The notes beneath the pieces are model-generated. The model was not told where the DNA came from. It did not search any database and saw only the letters and a list, made by a program, of their open reading frames with translations. From NCBI GenBank assembly GCA_965203805.1, contig OZ241917.1, forward strand, positions 3,136,001 to 3,200,000: a stretch of 64,000 nucleotides of DNA, read 5' to 3'. The position numbers and the translations under genes are program-made. Source of the stretch: Candidatus Latescibacterota bacterium (lineage in GTDB: Bacteria > Latescibacterota > UBA2968 > GCA-2709665). Shown in pieces: positions 49,820-60,372 of this stretch; the stretch's first letter is position 1; each line of letters starts with the position of its first letter.

Positions 49820-51232
49820 TCATGACCGCTTCCAGACCGTCCCTTCCGGTGTGTCCTCCAGCGTGTAGCCCATTTCCGTGAACCGGTCCCGGATCTCGTC
49901 CGCCCGAGCCCAATTCCTCTCCTTCCTCGCCTGGTCGCGTTCCGCGATCAGCACCGCAAGGTCCTCCGGAAGTTCCTCCTCCCGGACGTCGTCTGCAGCC
50001 CCGTCGAAAACCCCCAGGACCTGATCGATCTCATCCAGAAAGCCGTCGACCAGGCCGGCGCCGTCCCGGTCCATTCGTCCCGCACGGAGCTGATCCTCCA
50101 CCGCATTTACCATCTCAAACACGGCGCTCATCGCGCGCGGCGCGTTGAGATCGTCGTCCATATAGGCGACGAACCCCTCGCGAGCCGCGTCGACTTGCGA
50201 CGTCACGTCCTCCCCTCCGCCCGTCCGCGTGACCTCGCTCAGCCTGCGCCTGAAATTGTCCAGCCTTCGCATGGTATTCCGTGCGGCGTCAAGGACTTCC
50301 GCGGAGAAATTGAACGCGGTACGGTAATGATTGCTCACCACGAGGTACCGGAAAGCGCGCGCGTCGTCCGGCGTATTCACGATATCCCGCACGGTCAGGA
50401 AATTGCCGAGGCTCTTCGACATTTTTTCGTCGTCGACGTTGATATGCGCGCCGTGCAGCCAGTAATTGACGAAGCGTTTTCCCGTGACCGCCTCGCTCTG
50501 CGCGATCTCGTTCTGATGGTGCGGAAAAATCAGATCCACCGCCCCCGCGTGGATGTCGATGGTTTCTCCCAGATATCTGATGGACATGCACGAGCACTCC
50601 ATGTGCCAGCCCGGCCTTCCCTTGCCCAGGTCCGTATTCCAGAACACGTCACCGTCATCCGGTTTCCACGCCTTCCACAGCACGAAATCCCGCGCGTCCT
50701 CCTTGTCGTATTTGTCCGTATCCACGCCGCTGGCCCCGGTCTGCAGCCCGGAAACATCCAGCTGCGCCAGCTCGCCGTACGAAGGAAAGCGCCGTATTGA
50801 GAAATACACGGAGCCGTTGTGTACGTACGCATAACCGCCTTCGATCATCCGCGAGATCATCTCCACCATTTCGAATATGTGGTCCGTGGCCCGCGGCGTG
50901 TGATCGGCCGGGAGGATGTTCAACGTCTCCATATCCTCGAAAAACGCTGCCGCGTATCGATCCGTGAGCGCCTTCAGCGTTGTCTTTGCGTCGCGCACTT
51001 TACCGATAATATTGTCGTCCACGTCCGTAATGTTCATCACGTGGCAGACCCGATAACCCCGATAGGTCAGATAGCGCTTTATCAGGTCGAAAACGATGAA
51101 TGTCTTGAAATTCCCGATGTGGGAATAGTCGTGAACCGTCGGCCCGCAGCTGTAGAACGTGACCCGGCCCGGACGGATCTCCTTAAAAGCCTCTTTTTTC
51201 CGGGTCAGACTGTTGAATAGTCGAATGGCCAT
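49820..51232 (-). CDS. cysS: Cysteine--tRNA ligase
   Basis: Y.CGPTV.D..HIGN, NITDVDD, DFVLWK, GRPGWH.ECS, DLIFPHH.NE and KMSKSLGN. Confidence 0.96.
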   Translation of the reverse strand: MAIRLFNSLTRKKEAFKEIRPGRVTFYSCGPTVHDYSHIGNFKTFIVFDLIKRYLTYRGYRVCHVMNITDVDDNIIGKVRDAKTTLKALTDRYAAAFFEDMETLNILPADHTPRATDHIFEMVEMISRMIEGGYAYVHNGSVYFSIRRFPSYGELAQLDVSGLQTGASGVDTDKYDKEDARDFVLWKAWKPDDGDVFWNTDLGKGRPGWHMECSCMSIRYLGETIDIHAGAVDLIFPHHQNEIAQSEAVTGKRFVNYWLHGAHINVDDEKMSKSLGNFLTVRDIVNTPDDARAFRYLVVSNHYRTAFNFSAEVLDAARNTMRRLDNFRRRLSEVTRTGGGEDVTSQVDAAREGFVAYMDDDLNAPRAMSAVFEMVNAVEDQLRAGRMDRDGAGLVDGFLDEIDQVLGVFDGAADDVREEELPEDLAVLIAERDQARKERNWARADEIRDRFTEMGYTLEDTPEGTVWKRS

Positions 51233-51240
51233 TGACCTTC

Positions 51241-51289
51241 CCTCGTCCTCTCGTTCCCTCGTCTTCTCGTCTTCTCGTCCCCTCGTCCC
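51241..51289. repeat. Octamer tandem repeat (YCTCGTYY) x6
   Basis: cctcgtcc tctcgttc cctcgtct tctcgtct tctcgtcc cctcgtcc between ddl and cysS. Confidence 0.75.
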
Positions 51290-51308
51290 GGAACCCTGTC
51301 GCACGCGC

Positions 51309-52412
<1,104 letters not shown>

Positions 52413-52526
52413 CGAAGACACCCCGGACGATTGTAGATTCTTGAGAACTGTTTTGAAATTACCGGCGAGTTCCCGAGCGTGAACGAAAGAGCGGCGGTTA
52501 TGAGGCGCGAGGAACGCGCTCAGTCA

Positions 52527-53213
52527 TCAGGATTTGTCGGATTCTGATTGTGTTGGCTCCCCCGGATCCTGCGGCGCTGACCGGCGCTTCTTCCTTCGCC
52601 ACAGCCAATACCCGATCCCGCCCGCCGCCATCAGCACGAGAATCACACGGTTATAAGCCCGGAGCACGTCGACCACGAGCCCCCAGTTTTCGCCCACCTT
52701 CAGTCCGAAATACACCAGCAGGCTGTTCCAGAGCAGTGTGCTGAGTACAACGTATACGGACATTCGAACCGGGTGTATCCGGCTGATGCCGGCGACGATT
52801 CCGACAAATGCCCGTACGGTGGGCAAAAACCGGTTGAAGATCACAATCCGATCGCCGTACCGCGAAAATCCCGCCTCCACCCGGCCCAGGTTCTTTTCCG
52901 TGAGAATCCGGGACTTGAAGCCCAGAAAAAACGCGCGCCCCTTCCAGTACGCCACCGCGTAAACCAGCAGACACCCCAACGTGCTGCCCAACCACATCGC
53001 CAGATAAGCCGGCACCAGCCGTACAATGCCCATACCGGCCAGATACGCGCCGAATACGATCAGGGTATCTCCGGGAATCGGCGGTATCAGATTCTCCAGG
53101 AAAGCGCCGAGGAACAAGATGAAACAGATCAATTCCGGGGACTGATCGTTCAGGTACGCCAGAAACTGTTCCCATGCCTGCGAAAGGAAAGCAAGATCGA
53201 ACGAAAAATCCAA
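52527..53213 (-). CDS. DedA family membrane protein
   Basis: ENLIPPIPGD and RFLP..R......AG; TM helices. Confidence 0.85.
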   Translation of the reverse strand: MDFSFDLAFLSQAWEQFLAYLNDQSPELICFILFLGAFLENLIPPIPGDTLIVFGAYLAGMGIVRLVPAYLAMWLGSTLGCLLVYAVAYWKGRAFFLGFKSRILTEKNLGRVEAGFSRYGDRIVIFNRFLPTVRAFVGIVAGISRIHPVRMSVYVVLSTLLWNSLLVYFGLKVGENWGLVVDVLRAYNRVILVLMAAGGIGYWLWRRKKRRSAPQDPGEPTQSESDKS

Positions 53214-53223
53214 CCGACCCTCC

Positions 53224-54432
53224 TTAACAGCCCGCGGCGCCTTTTCCGTGGTCGACGATCCCGGCCCCAGGCGAGACCAGCGCGACCGCCTGAGCGGCGA
53301 TTCCCTCTTCCGCGCCCGCGAATCCCAGGCCTTCCGTCGTCGTTGCCTTCACCGACACGCGTTCCACCGCGATGCCGAGGGCTCCGGCCATCTTTCCCCG
53401 CATGTCGGAGATGTACGGGGCAAGCTTCGGGCGCTGCGCGATTACGGTAGCATCCACGTTGATAATCTCGGCCCCGGCGTCATTGACCAGGCCCGACACC
53501 CGCTTCAGGAGAACCAGACTCGAAATTCCGGCATACGCGGGGTCCGCGTCGGGGAAGTGACCGCCGATATCGCCCAGACCCATCGCACCGAGAACGGCAT
53601 CCGCAACCGCATGAGAGATCACGTCGGCGTCGGAGTGCCCCTGAAGTCCCCGGTCGAACGGGACCCTCACCCCGCCCAGAATCAACGGCCGGCCGGCCGC
53701 GAGCCGATGGACGTCGTAACCCTGCCCCGCTCGAAGGTTCACGTTTGCGGCACCGGCTCTGGATCTCAGGATCGATTCTGCCATCGCCAGATCCTCCTGC
53801 GCCGTGATTTTCAGATTGTCTTCCCGGCCGGCGACCACGTGTACCGGGGCGTTCAGCCGTTCGACGAGCGAGGTGTCGTCCGTACCCACGTATCCCGACC
53901 GGGCCGCCGCCTCGTGCGCCCGCCGCAATATTGACGCGCGAAACGCCTGGGGCGTCTGGACCCGCCACATCCGCGACCGGTCCAGCGTCTGCAGCACGCG
54001 CCCGTTTTCGATCTCCTTGACCGTATCCGTTACGGGCGCGCCCAGCACCGCCGAGCCCTTCTCCCGCGCAAGATCGATGACCGCGTCGATCTGTTCGGGC
54101 AGAATCAGCGGCCTCGCCCCGTCGTGGACCGCGATGACGCTCGCGTCGACCGGCACCGCACCGAGTCCCTGCGCAACGGAATCCTGGCGCCGGGCCCCGC
54201 CTTTCACGACGGCGGCGACCTTCCGGATGCCCCACCGGCGGACCAGGTCGCGGCATCGGTCCACGCGATCCGACAGCGAGACAAGCACCACGCGGTCGAC
54301 CTGACGCGCGCGTTCGAATGCCGCCAGGGCATGGGCGAGTACCGGACGCCCGGCCAGGCTCAGGAACTGCTTGGGCAGGCCGTCCCCCATCCGGCGGCCG
54401 GAGCCCGCGGCAAGCAGGATTGCATAGACCAT
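53224..54432 (-). CDS. ispDF: Bifunctional IspD/IspF (MEP pathway)
   Basis: AAGSGRRM...PKQF, HDGARP, QTPQAF; then GQGYDVH, GHSDADV..HA and KATTTEGLG. Confidence 0.93.
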   Translation of the reverse strand: MVYAILLAAGSGRRMGDGLPKQFLSLAGRPVLAHALAAFERARQVDRVVLVSLSDRVDRCRDLVRRWGIRKVAAVVKGGARRQDSVAQGLGAVPVDASVIAVHDGARPLILPEQIDAVIDLAREKGSAVLGAPVTDTVKEIENGRVLQTLDRSRMWRVQTPQAFRASILRRAHEAAARSGYVGTDDTSLVERLNAPVHVVAGREDNLKITAQEDLAMAESILRSRAGAANVNLRAGQGYDVHRLAAGRPLILGGVRVPFDRGLQGHSDADVISHAVADAVLGAMGLGDIGGHFPDADPAYAGISSLVLLKRVSGLVNDAGAEIINVDATVIAQRPKLAPYISDMRGKMAGALGIAVERVSVKATTTEGLGFAGAEEGIAAQAVALVSPGAGIVDHGKGAAGC

Positions 54433-54460
54433 AATGACCGACCGATCCCTGGAAGCTGTC

Positions 54461-55498
54461 CTATAGAATCAGCATCGCGTCGCCGTAGCTGTAGAACCTG
54501 TACCGCTTTCGCACCGCCTCTTCGTACGCCTGCAATATGAATGCCCGTTCCGCAAATGCGGAAACAAGCATGAGCAGGGTCGAACGGGGCAGATGAAAAT
54601 TGGTGACCAGCGCATCAACGAGCTTGAACCGGTACGGAGGATGGACAAATAACCGGGTCCAGCCGGACCCGGGATTCAGCGTCCAGCGATCCCGGGTTCG
54701 CAACGCCGACCCCTCGAGCGCGCGTACGGTCGTCGTACCCACCGCCACAACGCGCCCTCCACTCCCCCGGCACGCATTCACCTTCGCCGCGGTTTCCGGG
54801 CCGACCTCAAAGTACTCCGCATCCATTTCGTGGCGCCGGGGATCCTGCACTTCCACGGGTTTGAACGTACCGGGCCCCACGTGAAGCAGCAGGGGGACAA
54901 TTTCGACACCGGACGAACGGATCCGGTCCAGGAGGTCGGTCGTAAAGTGCAGTCCCGCGGTGGGCGCCGCCACGGCTCCGGGGGTTCGCGCGTACACCGA
55001 CTGATATCGTTCCCGGTCCGTCGGGTCCGCTTCCCTTCTGATATACGGCGGCAGCGGGATGCGCCCCTGGCTCTCGAGAACCCTTTCCAGCGTTGCAGCG
55101 CCCTTGAACCGGACCATTCGTCGGCCGGAGGGCAGAACCTCCGTCACTTCCGCAACAAGGTCCGCGTCCTGAAAGGCCACTTTCGCCCCCGCCCGAAGAC
55201 GACGGCCCGGACGCGCGAGAACTTCCCAGCAATCTCCGTTGCGGCGAACCAGCAAGAGCTCCACGGCCCCGCCGGAGCCGGGACGGTACCCGTTGAGGCG
55301 CGCTGGAAAAACGCGCGTTTCGTTGACGACCAGACAGTCTCCCGGACGCAGAAAGTCCGGAAATGACCTGAACACCGCATGGTCAATCCGCCCGGCTCTC
55401 CGATCCAGCACCATCAGACGGGCGCCGTCCCGCTCCGAGGCCGGGAACTGGGCGATCAGTTCCTCCGGCAGCTCGTAATCGTATTCGGCGAGATTCAT
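54461..55498 (-). CDS. queA: S-adenosylmethionine:tRNA ribosyltransferase-isomerase
   Basis: YELPEELIAQ.P, PLPPYI.R, AAPTAGLHF, TNFHLP.STL and YRFYSYGDAM. Confidence 0.96.
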   Translation of the reverse strand: MNLAEYDYELPEELIAQFPASERDGARLMVLDRRAGRIDHAVFRSFPDFLRPGDCLVVNETRVFPARLNGYRPGSGGAVELLLVRRNGDCWEVLARPGRRLRAGAKVAFQDADLVAEVTEVLPSGRRMVRFKGAATLERVLESQGRIPLPPYIRREADPTDRERYQSVYARTPGAVAAPTAGLHFTTDLLDRIRSSGVEIVPLLLHVGPGTFKPVEVQDPRRHEMDAEYFEVGPETAAKVNACRGSGGRVVAVGTTTVRALEGSALRTRDRWTLNPGSGWTRLFVHPPYRFKLVDALVTNFHLPRSTLLMLVSAFAERAFILQAYEEAVRKRYRFYSYGDAMLIL

Positions 55499-55512
55499 GC
55501 AACCCGATTGGA

Positions 55513-55737
55513 TTAACGCCGGGAAATGAGGTTCAGGACCACGGTCAGGACGATGCTGACCGCAATACACGTCACGATCGGGAAATAGAGGCTGAATCCC
55601 TCCCGGCGAACGACGATATCTCCCGGAAGCCGCCAGGGAAAGGAGATCCTGTTCCCGATCCACAACAGGAAGCCGACCGCAAACACCAGAATCCCCAGAA
55701 TCATCAGGACCCTGCCAAAGCCGGTAAACTCGCTCAT
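55513..55737 (-). CDS. DUF2905-type small membrane protein
   Basis: RLPGDI......FSLYFPIVTCI..SIVLT; immediately upstream of queA. Confidence 0.8.
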   Translation of the reverse strand: MSEFTGFGRVLMILGILVFAVGFLLWIGNRISFPWRLPGDIVVRREGFSLYFPIVTCIAVSIVLTVVLNLISRR

Positions 55738-55936
55738 GACGACGACCCCTCAGAGAAGCCAGAACTTAAGGAATTCTCTACCCGGCGTCAACAGTCCGTT
55801 GAAAAAGTCGCTCTGCAGGCGAGGCATTGTGGCCGAAGACAAGGCGCGCGACCGACGCAAAAAAAGCAAAAACGTGAAACACGCCGCACCGCAGCGGTGG
55901 GCCGTTTCACGTCTGGCGTTCGGCTTGCGGCGATTT

Positions 55937-56971
55937 TCACGGCGTGAAGACGACCTTCAACGCCTCCATATTCTCCGCCGCAGCGAATCCCTGTTCCCAT
56001 TCCGAAAGCGGCAGCCGATGCGTAATGATGGGATCCACGTCGATCTTTCCGTCGGCAATCATCCAGATGGTCTTGTCCCAGCTTGCATATTCAGTCGACA
56101 TGTTGAAATAGAGCGTGACGACCTTGGTCATTGCCGCGTCCCAGTCCAGTTGCACGGGCCGCTTGCCGGTAAGGCCGATTGCGCATATCCGGCCCCACTT
56201 GCACACGAGATCGACGGCCTGGGCGATGGCAGGCGGCGCGCCCGAGCACTCGATGACCAGATCGGCGCCTTTTCCATCGGTCAATGCCATGCAGCGCTCC
56301 ACCGGATCCTCCTCCGCGAAATTCACCACGTGGTCGACGCCCAGCCTGCGCGCCGTGGCCAGGCGCAATTCCTCGTCCGCCGGCGCGCCCACCATCATCA
56401 CCTCCCTGGCGCCGGCCACCCGGGCGACCTGCGCGGCCAGCAGTCCGATCGGGCCAGGACCCAGTACCACCACGAAATCGCCCACCTCAATCGCCTGCCG
56501 ATCGATGATATCCGTGACCGTATTGGCCGCCGGTTCAACCAGCGCCCCCTGCTCGAAACTCATGTGATCCGGTATGCGATGCAGCAGGTTCGTGGGATAT
56601 TTCATATATTTCGTGAAAGCGCCGTCTATCCCCCACCCGGGAGACCTTTTCGCCAGGCAGTTCTGGATATGCCCTTTTCGACAAAGGAAACACTTGCCGC
56701 AGTGCAGCGTATGCGGTTCGCCAACCACACGGTCTCCCGCTCTCCAATCCGTTACGGCCCGTCCGACTTCGACGATTTCACCCGAAAACTCATGACCCAG
56801 GACAACCGGCGGCCAATAAGGAAACGTGTCGTGTTTCACGTGCACGTCCGTGCCGCAGATACCCGCCGCCCGGATTTCGATCAGGACCTCCTCGTCCGTA
56901 ATCTCGGGCTCCGGCACGTCGCGCAATTCCAGAAACCCGACGCCTCGTTCGGTCTTGACAACCGCATCCAT
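55937..56971 (-). CDS. Zinc-dependent medium-chain dehydrogenase
   Basis: GICGTD.H, LGHEFSG, CGKC..C..G....C and GPGPIGL. Confidence 0.9.
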   Translation of the reverse strand: MDAVVKTERGVGFLELRDVPEPEITDEEVLIEIRAAGICGTDVHVKHDTFPYWPPVVLGHEFSGEIVEVGRAVTDWRAGDRVVGEPHTLHCGKCFLCRKGHIQNCLAKRSPGWGIDGAFTKYMKYPTNLLHRIPDHMSFEQGALVEPAANTVTDIIDRQAIEVGDFVVVLGPGPIGLLAAQVARVAGAREVMMVGAPADEELRLATARRLGVDHVVNFAEEDPVERCMALTDGKGADLVIECSGAPPAIAQAVDLVCKWGRICAIGLTGKRPVQLDWDAAMTKVVTLYFNMSTEYASWDKTIWMIADGKIDVDPIITHRLPLSEWEQGFAAAENMEALKVVFTP

Positions 56972-57126
56972 AATCCGCTCCTATCTTAACCTTGATTCGT
57001 CATTTTTCGGGGACGGGAAGTTTTCACCTGAACCCTTCACGCCGCAAAATCCCGCGAAAGGCACCCGTCCGAGACACGAATTCCCCTTGAATTTCGGGGG
57101 TCGATACTGTATAATCCACAATCGAA

Positions 57127-57318
57127 TCAGCCGCAATCCAGACAACGAACCTCGTCAAAAATCCGATCCTGCTCATCCGGTTCGTCGATTGAAAAATTCA
57201 CGAGGCACCTTACGGCCTTGGAAGCGTCTTCCAGACGGTATCGGGCGGCGACCTCTTCCAAAAACGCCATCTGGTGAGTTTCCAGCTGGATTTCGAAGGT
57301 CTGTTTTTCCTTGAACAC
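57127..57318 (-). CDS. Small protein (63 aa) ending in a CxxC motif
   Basis: GGAGG RBS before GTG 57318; sequence ...ASKAVRCLVNF...IFDEVRCLDCG; has its own promoter. Confidence 0.65.
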   Translation of the reverse strand: MFKEKQTFEIQLETHQMAFLEEVAARYRLEDASKAVRCLVNFSIDEPDEQDRIFDEVRCLDCG

Positions 57319-57385
57319 GCCAGGGCCTCCATGCGAATTCGGATTCCACCGTGTGAACTCAATATTTCCACGTATTCGACGGTCC

Positions 57386-57414
57386 ATGATAGGATTTCCA
57401 CAGCGCATTGTCAA
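57386..57414 (-). promoter_or_regulatory. Sigma70-type promoter for the small CxxC gene
   Basis: On the minus strand, TTGACA, 17 bp spacer, TATCAT. Confidence 0.6.
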
Positions 57415-57513
57415 TGGAGATTCAACTTCCGGCACCCTCTTTTTCCGGAACAGCCGGTACCCTGCGCGACGTATCGAAATCGAAACGTCCGCTGATCGCC
57501 GGCTCCCGAATTC

Positions 57514-60372
57514 ATGTCCATACTCGAATCTTTCATCGCCGTTGACCTCGAAACCACCGGGCTCGAACCACCCGCCGCCGAAATCCTGGAAATCGGCGCG
57601 GTGCGTGTGGATAACGGTCAGATCGTCGATCGTTTCCAGACGTATGTCAAACCCGTGGGCGCCATCCCGGAAGAAACGACGCGGCTCACCGGGATCACGG
57701 CAGCCACGGTCCGGGATGCGCAGCGAATCGACACCGGTATCGAGGAATTCCGGAGTTTCGCCGCCGAACGGCCCCTCATTGCCCACCACGGTCGCTTTGA
57801 GTCCCGGTTTCTAAACGCCTTGAACCGTTTCCCCGACGAGGTTTCGGTACACAGCGTGCGCGAACTCGCCCGCGCCGCGGCGCCCACCCTCCGCGACCAC
57901 CGCGTTGAGACCCTCGCCGGAACCTTCTCCGTTCAATGCGACACGCCCTATAAGGCGCTTTCCGACGCGGAAACCCTGGCGGGGATTTATCTCAATCTGA
58001 TTGAACTGCTCCGGTCCGTTTCTCTGGAACTCAAGCAACAGATGCTTCGATTGGTGCAGGGCACGCAGTCGGACCTGCTTCCCATCCTGGTCGAGTTGGC
58101 CGGCGAAGGCGTGAGGAAAGAATTCCTTGCTCCCAAGCCGGGCGGAGGGCTGCCGGACGCCCCGTTGTTCAACGCAGGCGGGGAGACGCCCAGGATCCAA
58201 AGCGAGCCGTCCGACCGTCCGCTTGACGTCAAGGCAGTCTGCGAGATGCTCGAACCCGGCGGTTGCTTCGAGGAGGAGGTCGCCGGGTACGAATACCGTC
58301 CCGAACAGGTCGAAATGGCACAGGCCGTAACCGAAGCCATCAACAACGGACGCCACCTGGCCGTGGAAGCCGGCACGGGCGTGGGCAAGTCGATCGCCTA
58401 CCTCGCGCCGGCCATTCTGTATGCAATGAAGAACAGCGTAAGATTCATCGTGTCGACCAACACCAAGAACCTCCAGGAGCAGCTTTTCTATAAGGACCTG
58501 CCCGAACTGGCGGCGATTCTGGACGTGCCCTTCCGCTACGCCCTGCTCAAGGGTCGCAACAACTATATCTGCCTGAACAGGTGGGCGTCCGTTCTGGACA
58601 ATCCGGACGCCAGCCTCACGCCGAACGAACGCATCGGCGCGCTGCCGCTGGTGCTCTGGGCGGAGACCACCAAGACAGGGGACGTCACCGAGAATACGGG
58701 TTTCAACCCGCAGCGGCTTGCAAGCCTGTGGACGAAAATCTGCTCCGACTCGGGCTTCTGCCGAAGCCAGCGTTGCCGCAACAACGGCCGGTGTTTTGCC
58801 AACAACATCCGCAGGACCTCCGCAAAAGCGCATCTGGTGGTGATCAACCATTCATTGCTCTTCTCCGATCTGGTCACCGAAAACGCCATCCTCGGCGAGT
58901 ACTCCCACCTTGTCCTGGATGAAGCCCACAACCTGGAGAAGGTCGCCGCGCACTATCTGGGAACGGAGCTGAGCGTATGGCGGGTGAAGAACCTTACCGA
59001 TCAGCTGTGCGGACCGGGTTCGTCGGATGCAGGGACTCTGCCCGCCCTGAAACACTGGATCGCCGCCGCGGATCCGGAACCTGCAACGGCGAAAGCCTTT
59101 GACGCCGGCATCAAATCCGCGACGACTTCGGTTCAGGAACTCTGGCTGAGGGCGCGGACCTTTTTTGAAGACCTTACCCAACACCTTCTGAAACAGGCCG
59201 GCGCGCCCGGAAGCGCCCACAGGGAAAAGATCCGATATCGACCGGGGGAGTCCACCTTCGAGGCCGCGGCCGAATCGCTGAACCCGTTTGCGCTCGCTCT
59301 GGGTGAGTTGTGCAGCCGCCTCAAGGACCTTTCGGACTGGCTTCGAGACCTGCCCGGGCACACCTTTATCAATCAGGACGAGATCAATCACGAACTGGAA
59401 GGGTGCATCGAGACCGCCCGGACCATTCTGGACGATCTGAACGACCTCATTGCGGCAAACGACGAGAACGCCGTCTACTGGCTGGAATTGCCTGGGAAGG
59501 AAAGGAGCGCCGACACCCGCCTCTTTTCCGCTCCTCTGGATGTTTCGGAGATGTTGAACGGCGGGCTGTACGACGGCAAATCAACGATCGTATTTACGTC
59601 CGCCACGCTGGGAATACGCGGCAAACTCACCTATTTCCTCCGGCGCATGGGCCTCGAAACCATGCCCGAGACCCGCCTCCGGACCCTCTGTCTGGGCTCC
59701 CCGTTCGACTACGGGAGACAGGCTCTGGTGTGCACCCCGCGCTTTATGCCCTCGCCCAAATCCGCCGATTATCAGCAGGCGGTGGACACGCTGCTGCACG
59801 AGCTTATGCTCAGGACGAAACGGGGCACGCTGGCCCTCTTCACCTCGTACAGGATGTTGAACCGCACCTACGATACCATTAAGCCCGACCTGCACACCAA
59901 CGGCGTACTCGTGCTGGGACAGGGTATTGACGGATCCCGCACGAATATCACCGATCGGTTCAAACTCGAAAAAACCGCCATGCTGCTGGGTACCGACAGT
60001 TTCTGGGAAGGTATCGACGTACCCGGCAACGCGCTTCAGGTCCTGGGCATTGTACGTCTGCCGTTCGCCGTGCCGTCCGAACCTCTTGTTGCCGCCCATA
60101 TCGAGGAAATTGAAAAGCAGGGCAAGAATGCGTTCCTGAATTACTCCGTACCCGAAGCCATCCTGAAATTCCGGCAGGGTTTCGGTCGACTCATCCGCAA
60201 CAGGACCGACCGGGGCGCGGTCGTCGTGCTGGACAGCCGGGTACTCAGCACCCGATACGGCCGGGCGTTTCTGGAAGCCCTTCCCGTGGGGCATCGCACT
60301 TTCAACACCAGGGAAGAAATGATCGGCGCCATCGCCGCCTGGTTTGACGAACCAAACGGAACAAACCATTGA
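57514..60372 (+). CDS. dinG: DinG-family helicase with N-terminal DnaQ-like exonuclease domain
   Basis: VDLETTG; EAGTGVGKS, LKGR.NY.C, Cys cluster, LDEAH, TSATL, FWEGIDVPG and QGFGRLIR. Confidence 0.9.
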   Translation: MSILESFIAVDLETTGLEPPAAEILEIGAVRVDNGQIVDRFQTYVKPVGAIPEETTRLTGITAATVRDAQRIDTGIEEFRSFAAERPLIAHHGRFESRFLNALNRFPDEVSVHSVRELARAAAPTLRDHRVETLAGTFSVQCDTPYKALSDAETLAGIYLNLIELLRSVSLELKQQMLRLVQGTQSDLLPILVELAGEGVRKEFLAPKPGGGLPDAPLFNAGGETPRIQSEPSDRPLDVKAVCEMLEPGGCFEEEVAGYEYRPEQVEMAQAVTEAINNGRHLAVEAGTGVGKSIAYLAPAILYAMKNSVRFIVSTNTKNLQEQLFYKDLPELAAILDVPFRYALLKGRNNYICLNRWASVLDNPDASLTPNERIGALPLVLWAETTKTGDVTENTGFNPQRLASLWTKICSDSGFCRSQRCRNNGRCFANNIRRTSAKAHLVVINHSLLFSDLVTENAILGEYSHLVLDEAHNLEKVAAHYLGTELSVWRVKNLTDQLCGPGSSDAGTLPALKHWIAAADPEPATAKAFDAGIKSATTSVQELWLRARTFFEDLTQHLLKQAGAPGSAHREKIRYRPGESTFEAAAESLNPFALALGELCSRLKDLSDWLRDLPGHTFINQDEINHELEGCIETARTILDDLNDLIAANDENAVYWLELPGKERSADTRLFSAPLDVSEMLNGGLYDGKSTIVFTSATLGIRGKLTYFLRRMGLETMPETRLRTLCLGSPFDYGRQALVCTPRFMPSPKSADYQQAVDTLLHELMLRTKRGTLALFTSYRMLNRTYDTIKPDLHTNGVLVLGQGIDGSRTNITDRFKLEKTAMLLGTDSFWEGIDVPGNALQVLGIVRLPFAVPSEPLVAAHIEEIEKQGKNAFLNYSVPEAILKFRQGFGRLIRNRTDRGAVVVLDSRVLSTRYGRAFLEALPVGHRTFNTREEMIGAIAAWFDEPNGTNH

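Noticed and set aside
55790-55935. Possible further MITE remnant between the dehydrogenase and DUF2905 genes
   Set aside because: Only vague similarity (GTTGAAAAA, AAGGCGCG) and no matching second end
57127-57789. 220-aa minus-strand ORF
   Set aside because: Its 5' part overlaps dinG antisense; only 57127-57318 has an RBS and promoter
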